The notes below the pieces were generated by a model. That model saw only the letters and a program-made list of their open reading frames with translations. It was not told the DNA's origin and made no database searches. Position numbers and translations under genes: made by a program. 63,745 bases of DNA from a virus (taxonomy: Duplodnaviria > Caudoviricetes): positions 1 to 63,745 of the IMG/VR virus record IMGVR_UViG_3300032164_000012; one strand, written 5' to 3'. The first letter of the stretch is position 1. Each line of letters starts with the position of its first letter. Positions 1 through 8,683 of this stretch are shown here, one piece after another.

Positions 1-34
1 GTCCGGCCTGCGTTGCCGAGAGGATGGGCTACTG

Positions 35-322
35 ATGCCACGCAAGCCCCGCCATCTTCAACCGAACGTCCGTCGACGGCTGGTCGAGCTGTCTCCCCGG
101 GTGAAGCCTGGCTCCAGTGTGCGTCTATGGGCCTACGGATTCGCTGACCTCGCCTGCTTGACGGGGATGACGGAGGCCGCCGTCCGACAGGCAGTCTTGC
201 GTAGGCAGTTCGACCCCAGCAGCCTGGAGTCGGTGTGGCGCTACGTCTTCCATCGTCGTCTCCAGAGCCTTCCCTCAGCCATCCAGAACATAGCCCAACA
301 TATCCTGGCGATCCTCCCGTGA
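35..322 (+). CDS. small helix-turn-helix DNA-binding protein (putative)
   Basis: GFADLACLTGMTEAAVRQAV resembles an HTH; GAGG upstream. Confidence 0.5.
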   Translation: MPRKPRHLQPNVRRRLVELSPRVKPGSSVRLWAYGFADLACLTGMTEAAVRQAVLRRQFDPSSLESVWRYVFHRRLQSLPSAIQNIAQHILAILP

Positions 323-330
323 AACTGATG

Positions 331-359
331 TTGACAATCCACCACCTACCTGCTAAGGA
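331..359 (+). promoter_or_regulatory. sigma70-type promoter, probably leaderless
   Basis: TTGACA(331)-17 bp-TAAGGA with TGn; ATG at 366 is 7 nt after the -10. Confidence 0.65.
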
Positions 360-365
360 TCACCT

Positions 366-671
366 ATGTCTTCGATCAAGACGACCTTCTCCTGCGGACA
401 CTGCGGCAAAGGGAGCTTCTGCCACCGCTGCAAGGACGCGGAGCGCTTCGAGGCCCTAGCGACCGTTCCAGGTCCGAAGAAGACCAAGCCCATGACCGAG
501 GAGGCCAGACAGGCTCTGGCCAAGCATGAAGCTGCGCAGAAGCACGCCGAGTTCGAGGCAGCGGCATTGCGGTCGGTCCTGCCCAGGGCGAAGTTCAAGG
601 CGGAGTGGGATCGCAAGAACCAGGTGACCGTGCCGGCGACTAGGAACCAGGATACCGGCATCGAGCCTTGA
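366..671 (+). CDS. hypothetical protein, N-terminal CxxC-CxxC zinc finger
   Basis: CGHC...CHRC motif; directly follows the promoter. Confidence 0.6.
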   Translation: MSSIKTTFSCGHCGKGSFCHRCKDAERFEALATVPGPKKTKPMTEEARQALAKHEAAQKHAEFEAAALRSVLPRAKFKAEWDRKNQVTVPATRNQDTGIEP

Positions 672-734
672 CCGCCACCGACGGATCGGCAGAGTGCTCC
701 GGGGACGGCTGGGACTTGATAACGGAGGTGCAAG

Positions 735-1127
735 GTGGCTGACAAGCTCGATGTCTACGAGGATCGTTACCAGTACCGGATCGCCTGGTTCTTCCAGGAC
801 GAGGACGACGACATGGGCGGCATCCTCGGGAAAGGCGGCGAGCACTTCACCGAGAAGGATCTGAAGAAGGCCGGGGCTGATTCTCGTCGTCCCGACAGTG
901 ACGGCGACGACGACTGGGAACACATCAAGGCCTCGATAGCTGTGATGAACTCGCCAGGCATCGAGCGGGACTCGAAGGGCTTTTTCTGGAAGTCGAAGAA
1001 GGATGCCCTCAACGCCCTCAAGATGGCCAAGGCAGCGATACGCGACAAGAGCGACAAGCCCTGGCCACTGTGGGCGATGCAGGCGCAAGCGGCCAGATGG
1101 AAGCCCCCGAAGGGGTGGACACCCTAG
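735..1127 (+). CDS. hypothetical protein
   Basis: GGAGG RBS, GTG start, typical codon usage. Confidence 0.7.
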   Translation: MADKLDVYEDRYQYRIAWFFQDEDDDMGGILGKGGEHFTEKDLKKAGADSRRPDSDGDDDWEHIKASIAVMNSPGIERDSKGFFWKSKKDALNALKMAKAAIRDKSDKPWPLWAMQAQAARWKPPKGWTP

Positions 1128-1633
1128 TGCGGCGCGCCGAGGGAGACCTCTGGGTCTGGCTGGGCAAGGCGTGGATCGTCGTGCCGACCAACATCGGCTG
1201 GGGGCGCGTGCCTCCGAAGGACGACGCCTACGCTCGCGTCGGTCCCAATCCCATGAAGGCGGGGGTGGCGCTAGGCGTCTCGGAGCGATTCCCAGTGCTA
1301 CCTCTGCTGTACGGGCACTTCTGCCAGCTCCAAGGAGCCAGTACGCCCGTAGTCTACACGGATGAGGGCCTGATCCTCTTCCCGACGAAATCGCTCAAGG
1401 TCGACGCGCCCTGGAAGTCCTGGGACCAGAAGGCGTCGCTGGAGTTGCTCCGCCGCAGCATCAACGAATTGACGCTGCTCCAGTTGCCGGATGACCGCGA
1501 GGTCGCGCTGCCCTTGGTCGGTTGCGGAGCCGGCAAGCTGGCCAAGAAAGCAGTGTTGGACGAGCTGAAAGTCCTGGGGGACCGCTTCGTCCTTGTCAGT
1601 CAGCCGGTCAAGACGGAGCCCCTCCCATTCTAG
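1127..1633 (+). CDS. macrodomain protein (TARG1/DarG-like ADP-ribose hydrolase)
   Basis: EGDLW, IVVPTN, MKAGVA, LILFPTK..W, VALPLVGCGAGKL macrodomain motifs; GTG start overlaps the upstream TAG. Confidence 0.8.
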   Translation: MRRAEGDLWVWLGKAWIVVPTNIGWGRVPPKDDAYARVGPNPMKAGVALGVSERFPVLPLLYGHFCQLQGASTPVVYTDEGLILFPTKSLKVDAPWKSWDQKASLELLRRSINELTLLQLPDDREVALPLVGCGAGKLAKKAVLDELKVLGDRFVLVSQPVKTEPLPF

Positions 1634-1648
1634 CGACCATGTGGTCGC
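1633..1648. promoter_or_regulatory. 16-bp palindromic operator-like element, copy 1
   Basis: GCGACCATGTGGTCGC just upstream of the RBS of ORF 1661. Confidence 0.7.
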
Positions 1649-1660
1649 AATCGAGGACCG

Positions 1661-1858
1661 ATGACCAAAGCCAAGCAGCATGAGTGGGACGTGAGATACT
1701 TCAACAGCAAGCTACTTGGGGGTATCAGCGCCATCGTGAAGGCAAGGCTGTCGAAGCTCGAGGGGGAGGGCTGGGAGGTATTCTCAATCTTCACTCCAGG
1801 AGAAGCCCTGATAGGGGTAGTGGTGCGAAGGACAAAAAAGCGGTGTGGCACGACCTGA
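1661..1858 (+). CDS. small hypothetical protein (DUF4177-like pattern)
   Basis: HEWDV...LSKLEGEGWEVF pattern; GAGGA RBS. Confidence 0.55.
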   Translation: MTKAKQHEWDVRYFNSKLLGGISAIVKARLSKLEGEGWEVFSIFTPGEALIGVVVRRTKKRCGTT

Positions 1859-2187
1859 TGTGGAAGCAGGCCCCTTGGGCCGTTGGTGGCTTCGCAATCG
1901 CCCAGGCCGTCGCCTCCAGTCGAGAGCCTGCATGGGTAGCATTCTTGTGCCTCAGCACCTTCGCCCTCATCGTCCTGCGCATGGTCGGCCAGAATCACCG
2001 GACGCTGATCCGGATCACCTGCGCGTGCTGCGGACAGACTGCCCTGATTAGCTGTCGCCCCGAAGAGACAGCCGAGACCGTCCGGATCTTCGTACCAAGG
2101 ACGTGGATGTGGGCACAAGGACCGGCACAAACCGAGGTCCAAGTCTGTTGCTACGCCTGCAAAATTAGAGTCGAACAGAGGTCTTGA
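1858..2187 (+). CDS. membrane protein with C-terminal zinc ribbon
   Basis: two hydrophobic segments, then CACC...CCYAC; TGATG overlap. Confidence 0.55.
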   Translation: MWKQAPWAVGGFAIAQAVASSREPAWVAFLCLSTFALIVLRMVGQNHRTLIRITCACCGQTALISCRPEETAETVRIFVPRTWMWAQGPAQTEVQVCCYACKIRVEQRS

Positions 2188-2212
2188 CAATCACCTACCT
2201 GTTTGCTACATT
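2184..2212 (+). promoter_or_regulatory. sigma70-type promoter
   Basis: TTGACA-17-TACATT with TGC extension; its TGA is the stop of ORF 1858-2187. Confidence 0.8.
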
Positions 2213-2229
2213 AGAGACAGGAGGATCGA

Positions 2230-3327
2230 GTGGGCAAAGATCGAGCACGAGGCACCCTGATGGGCCAGGCGGTAGGGGACGCCCTGGGAACGACCCTCGA
2301 GTTCCGCCATCTTCCCCACCAGCCCTGGGGAGCTTTCAAGGCTCCCTACCGCCCTCTCGAGGGCAAGGGACCGTTCGGGCTCGATCCTGGCCAAGTGACC
2401 GATGACACCCAGCTCGCGGTCGCTCTGGCCTGCAGCCTGATGGAGCGGAAGAGAATCGATCCGGTCGACCTCATGGACCGCTACGCGGCTTGGCGGCATG
2501 GGGCGTTCGATGTTGGCGGCCAGACATCGGGAGCGATCAGCTCCTACGAGGCTGCTCACAAGGGCAGGGGGATCTTGAAGGACCAGGCGGCCGTGACGGC
2601 TGGTCGCCAGTCCTGGGCCGGCGGAGGCCGTAGGAGCGCCGGCAACGGCAGCTTGATGCGTACCTCGCCTCTAGCGGTCTTCATGGCAGGGCAAGGCGCA
2701 CAGGCCCTCCGGTGGGCCGCCCGCGAGGAGTCGGCGACCACCCACGCCGACCCCAGGTGCATGATCGCCTGCGCGGCCTTCGACAGCGCCATCGCCTACG
2801 CGCTCACGCACCCGCACGCGACACGGGAATCGATGCTGATCGCCGCCAGTTTCGCGATAGCCGATTCCCGAGCTGACATGCTCGACCAGATCAAGGACGA
2901 CATCTTCACCAAGGAGGAGATTGAGACAGCAGCCGCCCAACTAGACCTCGATCTCTGCATGGCGCTCGAGCCAGACCCCCTCCTCTACGACGAGCAGTTA
3001 TGGGAGAAGGACGACATGCTGAAGCGGGTCACAACCTCTCTCGACATGCACGGGTCACAGGGCTTCGTCCGGGTGGCCTTCCGCCTAGCCTTCTGGGAGC
3101 TGATGCACGCCCCGACCTTCCAGGCCGGACTCATCGACTGCGTTGATCGTGGTGGAGATAGCGACACGAACGGAGCCATCGCCGGAGCGTTGCTGGGGAG
3201 TTGGTTCGGTGAGAAGGCGATCCCCGCCGAGTGGTGCAGCCAGGTCATGAGCGCCCTCAAGGACAAGCCGGATTCTCGCTGGTGGATGACCTACCACCCG
3301 AGGCTGATGATGGAGATGGTCTCGTGA
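2230..3327 (+). CDS. ADP-ribosylglycohydrolase (DraG/ARH family)
   Basis: GQAVGDALG, GQVTDDTQ, AGNGSLMR, THADPRC, GGDSDTNGAIAGALLG. Confidence 0.93.
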   Translation: MGKDRARGTLMGQAVGDALGTTLEFRHLPHQPWGAFKAPYRPLEGKGPFGLDPGQVTDDTQLAVALACSLMERKRIDPVDLMDRYAAWRHGAFDVGGQTSGAISSYEAAHKGRGILKDQAAVTAGRQSWAGGGRRSAGNGSLMRTSPLAVFMAGQGAQALRWAAREESATTHADPRCMIACAAFDSAIAYALTHPHATRESMLIAASFAIADSRADMLDQIKDDIFTKEEIETAAAQLDLDLCMALEPDPLLYDEQLWEKDDMLKRVTTSLDMHGSQGFVRVAFRLAFWELMHAPTFQAGLIDCVDRGGDSDTNGAIAGALLGSWFGEKAIPAEWCSQVMSALKDKPDSRWWMTYHPRLMMEMVS

Positions 3328-3662
3328 CACTCACAGTAGACATCGTCAGTGCGCTAGCCGTCGGAATTCATCCGGCCTGGCTACTAGAGGTGAAGACACT
3401 TGAGGAGGCGGAGACACAAGCCGTGGCCGAGAACGCCCCGCACCGTGCCGACCGCCTCACCCGAGGAGGCCACCCTCCGGACGGGCCGTTCATGTTCGCG
3501 CAAGCGGAGTGGGAGCGCTTCAAGACCAAGCTTCAGCCCGGGGACGAGTTGTGGAGCTTCTGCTCTCCAGCCGCGACATGGCAGAGCCTGAGCGGGCGCG
3601 CGGGCTACTGCATCCTCCGAGGAGAAGTTCTGATCGCGGCTTTCGTCACCCGCCTCAACTAG
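3324..3662 (+). CDS. conserved hypothetical protein
   Basis: GTGA overlap; LQPGDELWSFCSP..W..LSGRAGY pattern. Confidence 0.65.
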   Translation: MTLTVDIVSALAVGIHPAWLLEVKTLEEAETQAVAENAPHRADRLTRGGHPPDGPFMFAQAEWERFKTKLQPGDELWSFCSPAATWQSLSGRAGYCILRGEVLIAAFVTRLN

Positions 3663-3676
3663 GAGACCGGCACGCC

Positions 3677-3705
3677 TTGACAATCGGCCGGCAACCGGCT
3701 ACAGC
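3677..3705 (+). promoter_or_regulatory. sigma70-type promoter, leaderless
   Basis: TTGACA-17-TACAGC; ATG 3712 is 7 nt downstream. Confidence 0.65.
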
Positions 3706-3711
3706 AGACGC

Positions 3712-4116
3712 ATGGCGGACATCAACATTGCGGAGCTGGCGACTCTGGGGGCACAGATCGCCGAGCTGGGGATGAAGCTCGCGGAGATGCGGGCGCGACG
3801 GGAAGCGGTGAACGTGGAGATCTTGGCGGTGGAGAAGGACCTCCTACCCCTCATCACCAAGCACGCCCAGCTGATCGCGTCCATCACCGGCCAGGTAGCA
3901 CAGATCCCGCAGGTCTTCCCGACGGTGCAAGCCGTGCCGACCGCCCTCCCAGGTACCCCGTCGTCTGTCACCTCCAGCAATCCCTCGAAAGAACGCATCG
4001 TCCAGTACCTCAAGCGGTGCGAGCCGGGGTCTTCTGCGCTCGAAATCGCCGAGCAGATTCACGTCGATCCCACCCTGGTCCGCGAGGTAATGGCAGACTT
4101 GCGACGCGGCGGCTAA
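3712..4116 (+). CDS. coiled-coil protein with C-terminal winged HTH
   Basis: KERIVQYL...SALEIAEQIHVDPTLVREVM. Confidence 0.6.
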   Translation: MADINIAELATLGAQIAELGMKLAEMRARREAVNVEILAVEKDLLPLITKHAQLIASITGQVAQIPQVFPTVQAVPTALPGTPSSVTSSNPSKERIVQYLKRCEPGSSALEIAEQIHVDPTLVREVMADLRRGG

Positions 4117-4472
4117 TGTCCGTGCTAGGATCGACTACCATGAGGATCTTGGTGGTCGACCTCAGCGAGGCTCGCCGCAAGAGCTTCGAGGAGAAGCTGA
4201 TCGACCACCGAGTCGTGATGGCCGACAACTATATCGATGCAGCCCTGATGCTCGAGCTAACCCCGCGCTTCGACCTGGTCTACCTGGACCACGATCTCAA
4301 ACCAAAAACCGGTCTGGACCTCATACGGTTCGTGACTTCCAACCTGATGATCGACCGATGGCCTCGTCGGGTCATCATCCATTCACAGGACAACCTGGAA
4401 TCCAGGCGCATCAAGTATGCTTGCGACCTGGCTGGAATCTGGTGCCTGATCCGCCCCTTTCCTCCCTCTTGA
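4116..4472 (+). CDS. stand-alone receiver-fold protein (cyclic-phosphate-processing receiver-like)
   Basis: MRILVVD, FDLVYLDHDL, TGLDL, IIHSQD; start could be 4140. Confidence 0.7.
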   Translation: MSVLGSTTMRILVVDLSEARRKSFEEKLIDHRVVMADNYIDAALMLELTPRFDLVYLDHDLKPKTGLDLIRFVTSNLMIDRWPRRVIIHSQDNLESRRIKYACDLAGIWCLIRPFPPS

Positions 4473-4497
4473 CAATCCTCCATGAGATTGCTATAGT
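4469..4497 (+). promoter_or_regulatory. sigma70-type promoter, leaderless
   Basis: TTGACA-17-TATAGT with TGC; ATG 4504 at +7; its TGA is the stop of the upstream ORF. Confidence 0.8.
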
Positions 4498-4503
4498 AGG
4501 GAC

Positions 4504-4944
4504 ATGACGAGCCCCCTCGTGATCAATAGCTTCTCCGGCAAGTACGGCTTCCTCAGTAACTTCTATCCCTGTGTAGTCACCTTTGAGGGCAAGAGCTACC
4601 CATCCACGGAGCACGCCTTCCAGGCCGCCAAGACCTACAACCCGATCGAGCGCAACCTGATCGCTCTAGCCAAAACACCGGCTGACGCTAAGAAGCTCGG
4701 ACGCAAAGCCCAACTCCGCCCCGATTGGGAACAGGTCAAGGACGACGTGATGCGAGAGCTGCTCTGGCAGAAGTTCCAGATCACTGAGATGCGCTATCGC
4801 CTTCTCGACACAGGCGACGCCGAGCTGATCGAGGGCAACCACTGGAACGACACCTACTGGGGGGTTTGTGATGGCAAGGGGGCTAACCGCCTCGGGCAGC
4901 TTCTGATGGAGGTTCGTGGCCTCCTCCCTCCCAGCCTGTTGTAA
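4504..4944 (+). CDS. NADAR family protein (YbiA-like)
   Basis: FLSNFY, STEHAFQAAK, AKKLGR, LRPDW, LIEGNHWNDTYWG, GANRLGQLLMEVR. Confidence 0.93.
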   Translation: MTSPLVINSFSGKYGFLSNFYPCVVTFEGKSYPSTEHAFQAAKTYNPIERNLIALAKTPADAKKLGRKAQLRPDWEQVKDDVMRELLWQKFQITEMRYRLLDTGDAELIEGNHWNDTYWGVCDGKGANRLGQLLMEVRGLLPPSLL

Positions 4945-4974
4945 TCTCGAACTTCTTAGTCCTATACTCGGTCC

Positions 4975-5205
4975 ATGCCTGCGGGTATCCGGACCTTGAT
5001 CGAACAGCTACGTACTCTCCTGGAGAATGACGCCGAGGCGGTGGCTAGGGAAGAGATGAACAGCCATCGAGAGAAGATGGCCAAAGCGCAGCAGCGGGGG
5101 GATACTCAGGCGGCGCAGTACTGGCAGAAGCTTGCCATGGACAAGCTGGGCGAAGTCCAAGCTCTGCGGGCCGCCAAGGCGAAGACGGTCAAGCCACAGA
5201 CATAG
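4975..5205 (+). CDS. small protein, candidate head-internal protein
   Basis: TATACT -10 exactly 7 nt upstream; N-terminal IRTLIEQLRTLLE leader. Confidence 0.6.
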   Translation: MPAGIRTLIEQLRTLLENDAEAVAREEMNSHREKMAKAQQRGDTQAAQYWQKLAMDKLGEVQALRAAKAKTVKPQT

Positions 5206-5220
5206 CGACCACATGGTCGC
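5205..5220. promoter_or_regulatory. 16-bp palindromic element, copy 2
   Basis: GCGACCACATGGTCGC between convergent genes. Confidence 0.7.
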
Positions 5221-5229
5221 AAATCCGAG

Positions 5230-5481
5230 TTAGGTAGGCTCACTCTCATCATCATCTTCCGGAGGTAGCATTCGGGTGATACCGGCCAGGAAGTGCGCCA
5301 GCTCAACAGCATGTGCCCGCGAGATAGTGACGAGGGTTCGACGCTGGATGGGGCCGCGTTCGGCGATGGCGAAGATGAAACCCTCCTGGGTCCTGATCAC
5401 GTCAAGGCTCTCGATGGGTTTCCCATCAGGAACCTGTACAGCCACCACCGGAATCTGAAGCACGTCCTTCTTGTCGGCCAT
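5230..5481 (-). CDS. hypothetical protein (only convincing minus-strand gene)
   Basis: fills a gap with no good + ORF; protein-like composition, acidic tail. Confidence 0.6.
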   Translation of the reverse strand: MADKKDVLQIPVVAVQVPDGKPIESLDVIRTQEGFIFAIAERGPIQRRTLVTISRAHAVELAHFLAGITRMLPPEDDDESEPT

Positions 5482-5601
5482 GAAGAGATCGTGCCTGATC
5501 GACTTCCAGATAGCAACGTTCGCCGACGGGGGGAGGCTCCTTCAAGGGCTTAGACAAGTAGCACTCTTCCCCTAGGCATCGAGATCGGTTAGGCTCTCCA
5601 T

Positions 5602-5799
5602 GTGATCCGTCATCTCATCCAAGCTCTGCGCGAAGCCGCCGACGTCTGGAGTCCCGACCCTGAGAAGGACGCCGACATCGATCAAGATCCGGCGACCAAG
5701 GCGAAGGCCAAGAAGAAGTTCACAATGGCCGCGCTGCGCTGCCCCAGCGGTGAAGAGCCCAAGATGACCTTTGGCGTGCTACGCTGTCCGGGCAAGTAG
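5602..5799 (+). CDS. small protein, candidate head-internal protein
   Basis: TAGGCT -10 7 nt upstream of GTG; IRHLIQALREAAD leader. Confidence 0.55.
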   Translation: MIRHLIQALREAADVWSPDPEKDADIDQDPATKAKAKKKFTMAALRCPSGEEPKMTFGVLRCPGK

Positions 5800-5809
5800 G
5801 GAGAACCAG

Positions 5810-6190
5810 ATGCCGTTCGATCCCAAGACCGACCACGAGATCCGCCGCCTGATAGGCCTGGAGAACAGCCGGCCTGGCTTCGACGAGGCGACCAAGTACA
5901 GCCCCGTCCTCAAGGAGGAGAAGGAGCGGCCGATCACCCAGCAGGAGTTGCGGGTGCTGTCTGGCACCGGGCATCAGTACGAGGGGTTCGAGGGGAAAAC
6001 CGACGCCGCTTACGAGAAGGAGAAGCGCGAAAAGACCGATGCGGCCATCCTCGCGGCGGCTCGCGCCATCTGGCAGGTGGTAGACCCGGGTGGAAGTGGC
6101 GGGTCTGCGTTCCAGGGACTCGTCCACACCATCGAGATAAAGCTGGAGAAACACATTCACGACGTCATCGATGGTCTGGCCTCAGAGTAG
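5810..6190 (+). CDS. hypothetical protein, candidate head-internal protein
   Basis: GGGAG RBS; EIRRLIGLE N-terminal motif. Confidence 0.6.
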   Translation: MPFDPKTDHEIRRLIGLENSRPGFDEATKYSPVLKEEKERPITQQELRVLSGTGHQYEGFEGKTDAAYEKEKREKTDAAILAAARAIWQVVDPGGSGGSAFQGLVHTIEIKLEKHIHDVIDGLASE

Positions 6191-6193
6191 GCG

Positions 6194-6670
6194 ATGACAC
6201 GCCACCTCGTCTTCAGCGCCCTCCTGGTCCTGACCGCTTGCCGGCCTCTCCTGCCGACAGCGCCAACGGTGCCTCCAGGTGAGCGGCGCGTCGAGGACAC
6301 CCCGCTACCGCCGGACCCGAAGGACCTTCCGGTGGTCCTTCCCGAAGGTGGGGACTCGACCGAATGGACCGAATCGATCGAAGTAGGACAGCACGTCGAC
6401 CGAGCCGGCATCCTGATCAGCGAAGGCTATGCCGGACGTGTTGCCCTCTTCAAGATCGGCTACAAAGAGCTGCGGACCTACTACGAAGCCGACCGCTCCG
6501 TGTGGCGCGCTCACCGAGATCTCTACGAGACCAGGCTGCGCCTCGGTGACGTAGCCATCCAAGAGCTGCAACCGAGCTGGTGGGACAACAACAAGTTCTC
6601 CCTCGGCGTGATGGGCGGCTTCGTTGTCGGAACGGCCGTGGTGCTGGGCGTCCTCGCCCTCACGAACTAG
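6194..6670 (+). CDS. lipoprotein with C-terminal TM helix (unimolecular-spanin-like architecture)
   Basis: N-terminal LLVLTAC lipobox; C-terminal LGVMGGFVVGTAVVLGVLAL. Confidence 0.6.
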   Translation: MTRHLVFSALLVLTACRPLLPTAPTVPPGERRVEDTPLPPDPKDLPVVLPEGGDSTEWTESIEVGQHVDRAGILISEGYAGRVALFKIGYKELRTYYEADRSVWRAHRDLYETRLRLGDVAIQELQPSWWDNNKFSLGVMGGFVVGTAVVLGVLALTN

Positions 6671-6680
6671 GAGCCAGATC

Positions 6681-6977
6681 ATGAACTCGATCCGTGACCT
6701 TCTCGAAGACCTCTGCTTCGCCCTCGACGAGGCCGTCACCCCCGAGCAGTTCAAGGCATACAAGTCGCATCGGGCGCAAGGCAAGTCCCCGGCGGCCTCC
6801 CGCGAAGCTGCCAAGGGAGGCGCGGCCCCGCGTGGCCCACAGGGGGCACATGCCTGGGTACAACAGGGGCAGCAGTTCGCCAAGCAGCACCAGCGCACCC
6901 AGCGCAAGCTCGCGAAGAGCAAGCCGGGCGAGAAGATGGTCTTCGGCAAGTGGGTGAAGACCGGCGGAAAGAAGTAG
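6681..6977 (+). CDS. small basic protein, candidate head-internal protein
   Basis: AGGAG RBS; IRDLLEDLCFALDEA leader, then K/R-rich body. Confidence 0.65.
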   Translation: MNSIRDLLEDLCFALDEAVTPEQFKAYKSHRAQGKSPAASREAAKGGAAPRGPQGAHAWVQQGQQFAKQHQRTQRKLAKSKPGEKMVFGKWVKTGGKK

Positions 6978-7001
6978 TCCTAACGTCGGTCCCTTCCGAG
7001 C

Positions 7002-7030
7002 TTGACAATCTCTAAAATGCTTGCTACAGT
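7002..7030 (+). promoter_or_regulatory. sigma70-type promoter
   Basis: TTGACA-17-TACAGT with TGC. Confidence 0.8.
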
Positions 7031-7051
7031 GGAGGCAACCAATCGAGGACG

Positions 7052-7309
7052 ATGTCCTCGAAGGAGCCTCTGTTGCGCCTGCTCGCCGCCGTAGCCCCCA
7101 AGCAGATCATCTTCCGCGACGTCACTTTCGCCCCGTTGCGCGAGCTACTGACGGAGGTGCTCGAGACGGTCGGTTACCGAATCGTCTCCAACGGCAGTCC
7201 GACTATCATCGCCCAGGGCAGCCGTCAGCAGACCCGAGAGGCACTGCGGGCGCTGCGGTCCGAGATGACGGCAGCGCAGATCTCAATCGAATTCGCGTGG
7301 GAGGGCTGA
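7052..7309 (+). CDS. hypothetical protein
   Basis: GAGGA RBS after the promoter. Confidence 0.6.
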   Translation: MSSKEPLLRLLAAVAPKQIIFRDVTFAPLRELLTEVLETVGYRIVSNGSPTIIAQGSRQQTREALRALRSEMTAAQISIEFAWEG

Positions 7310-7310
7310 C

Positions 7311-7649
7311 ATGTCAACGTGCGGCTACTGCAATCAGGAGATGCTGGATCTGAACACGAAGGGATGCACGGCCAAGGTGCCTCATCCGAATAGGCGAGGG
7401 GAGATCCGACCGCCTATCCCCTACGGCTACGAGCTGCGGTACGCCCTGCTCACCACGAATCCGGTGGGCACCCCGGAGGATCGCGTCCTCCTGTACCGTG
7501 CCGAATGCCTGGAGAAGCCCTGTCACGACTGCGGCGTCGTCTATGGCGAATGCCACCATCCAGGTTGTGACGTGGAGGAGTGCCCCTGGTGCGGGAAGCA
7601 GTCCATCGGGTGCGACTGCCACCCGAACTCGAGAGAGGCGCTGGGGTAA
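7311..7649 (+). CDS. Cys/His-rich zinc-binding protein
   Basis: CHDCGV..G.CHHPGCDVEECPWCGKQSIGCDC. Confidence 0.7.
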   Translation: MSTCGYCNQEMLDLNTKGCTAKVPHPNRRGEIRPPIPYGYELRYALLTTNPVGTPEDRVLLYRAECLEKPCHDCGVVYGECHHPGCDVEECPWCGKQSIGCDCHPNSREALG

Positions 7650-7686
7650 TGCTTCTGTCGTTGTACAGAAAAGATCGACAGGGGGC

Positions 7687-7744
7687 TTGACAATCTTCGG
7701 TTTATTGCTACAGTAACAGTGTCGGGCACGCCAGCCCGAAGGAG
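7687..7744 (+). promoter_or_regulatory. promoter with 5' stem-loop and RBS cassette
   Basis: TTGACA-16-TACAGT; TCGGGC/GCCCGA hairpin, then AGGAG. Confidence 0.8.
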
Positions 7745-7752
7745 ATAGGCCG

Positions 7753-7983
7753 ATGACGACCACCGCCGCAACCCTCGAAGCCCTCGCTCACACCCTCGTC
7801 ACCACCGATCGGGGTACCACCCACCTCGCCAACTCCTTCAAGGTCGTGGCGGTCACGGACGGAACCAGCTTCGTGACCTGGGTGGAGTTCCCCAGCGGCG
7901 ACGCTTGCCAGAGCCCGCCATTCCCCAACAAGAAGCTCGCCTGCGAATGGGCGACCGACCACCTCTACCTCTGCGGGGGATAA
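7753..7983 (+). CDS. hypothetical protein
   Basis: follows the promoter/RBS cassette. Confidence 0.65.
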   Translation: MTTTAATLEALAHTLVTTDRGTTHLANSFKVVAVTDGTSFVTWVEFPSGDACQSPPFPNKKLACEWATDHLYLCGG

Positions 7984-7985
7984 CG

Positions 7986-8354
7986 ATGACGCAACTTCTC
8001 CAGACCTCCACGCGTCTCAACGTGATCACCCGCGACCTCCTCATCGAGATCAGCACCCATACCGACGAGACCCCGGTGGTGTTCGAGATGATCGCCAGCA
8101 TGGCCCGCGCTGCCGGAATCGATCGTGTCGCCGTCAGTCCAGGCTACGTCTGCTGCCTTCCGCCAGAGGAGTACGACTGGCCCGAAATGATGGCTCCCTA
8201 CTACGGGATCTTCGAGGATCTCCAGGAGCGCGTCCACGCGACGCTGATCGCGAGCGGTATTCCCTTCGACTGGACTCGGCAGGCTTCGGACCTCTTGCGC
8301 TGGCTCCCCGAGGCCCCGGAGCCAGATCCGTTCGTCACCACACGCTCCTACTAG
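7986..8354 (+). CDS. hypothetical protein
   Basis: GGGGGA RBS, ATG 7986. Confidence 0.6.
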   Translation: MTQLLQTSTRLNVITRDLLIEISTHTDETPVVFEMIASMARAAGIDRVAVSPGYVCCLPPEEYDWPEMMAPYYGIFEDLQERVHATLIASGIPFDWTRQASDLLRWLPEAPEPDPFVTTRSY

Positions 8355-8389
8355 CCCAAGGAAGCGGAACAAGGCCAGATCTTCGGGTC

Positions 8390-8447
8390 TTGACAATCCT
8401 TGGCTTGTTGCTAGACTGTTTGGTGTCGAGCACACCAGCTCGAAGGA
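8390..8447 (+). promoter_or_regulatory. promoter with 5' stem-loop and RBS cassette
   Basis: TTGACA-16-TAGACT; TCGAGC/GCTCGA hairpin, then AGGA. Confidence 0.8.
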
Positions 8448-8459
8448 AAGTGAGGCCCC

Positions 8460-8681
8460 ATGACGATCCTCGCCACCATCCCCAGCAAGAGCAACCCGAA
8501 CAAGAGCTACCAGGTCCGCAAGGGCGCGGACGGCGTAATCTACTGCACCTGCCCTGCCTGGATCTTCAGCGCCAAGAAGACCGGCGTCCACGACTGCAAG
8601 CATCTCCAGGCGCTCCGCGCCGAGATGGCCGCCAACCAAGCCCGCATCCTCAGCCGCCTCGCCGCCAGGGGAGGCAAGTAG
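8460..8681 (+). CDS. SWIM zinc-finger protein
   Basis: YQV...YCTCPAW...CKH. Confidence 0.8.
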   Translation: MTILATIPSKSNPNKSYQVRKGADGVIYCTCPAWIFSAKKTGVHDCKHLQALRAEMAANQARILSRLAARGGK

Positions 8682-8683
8682 CC

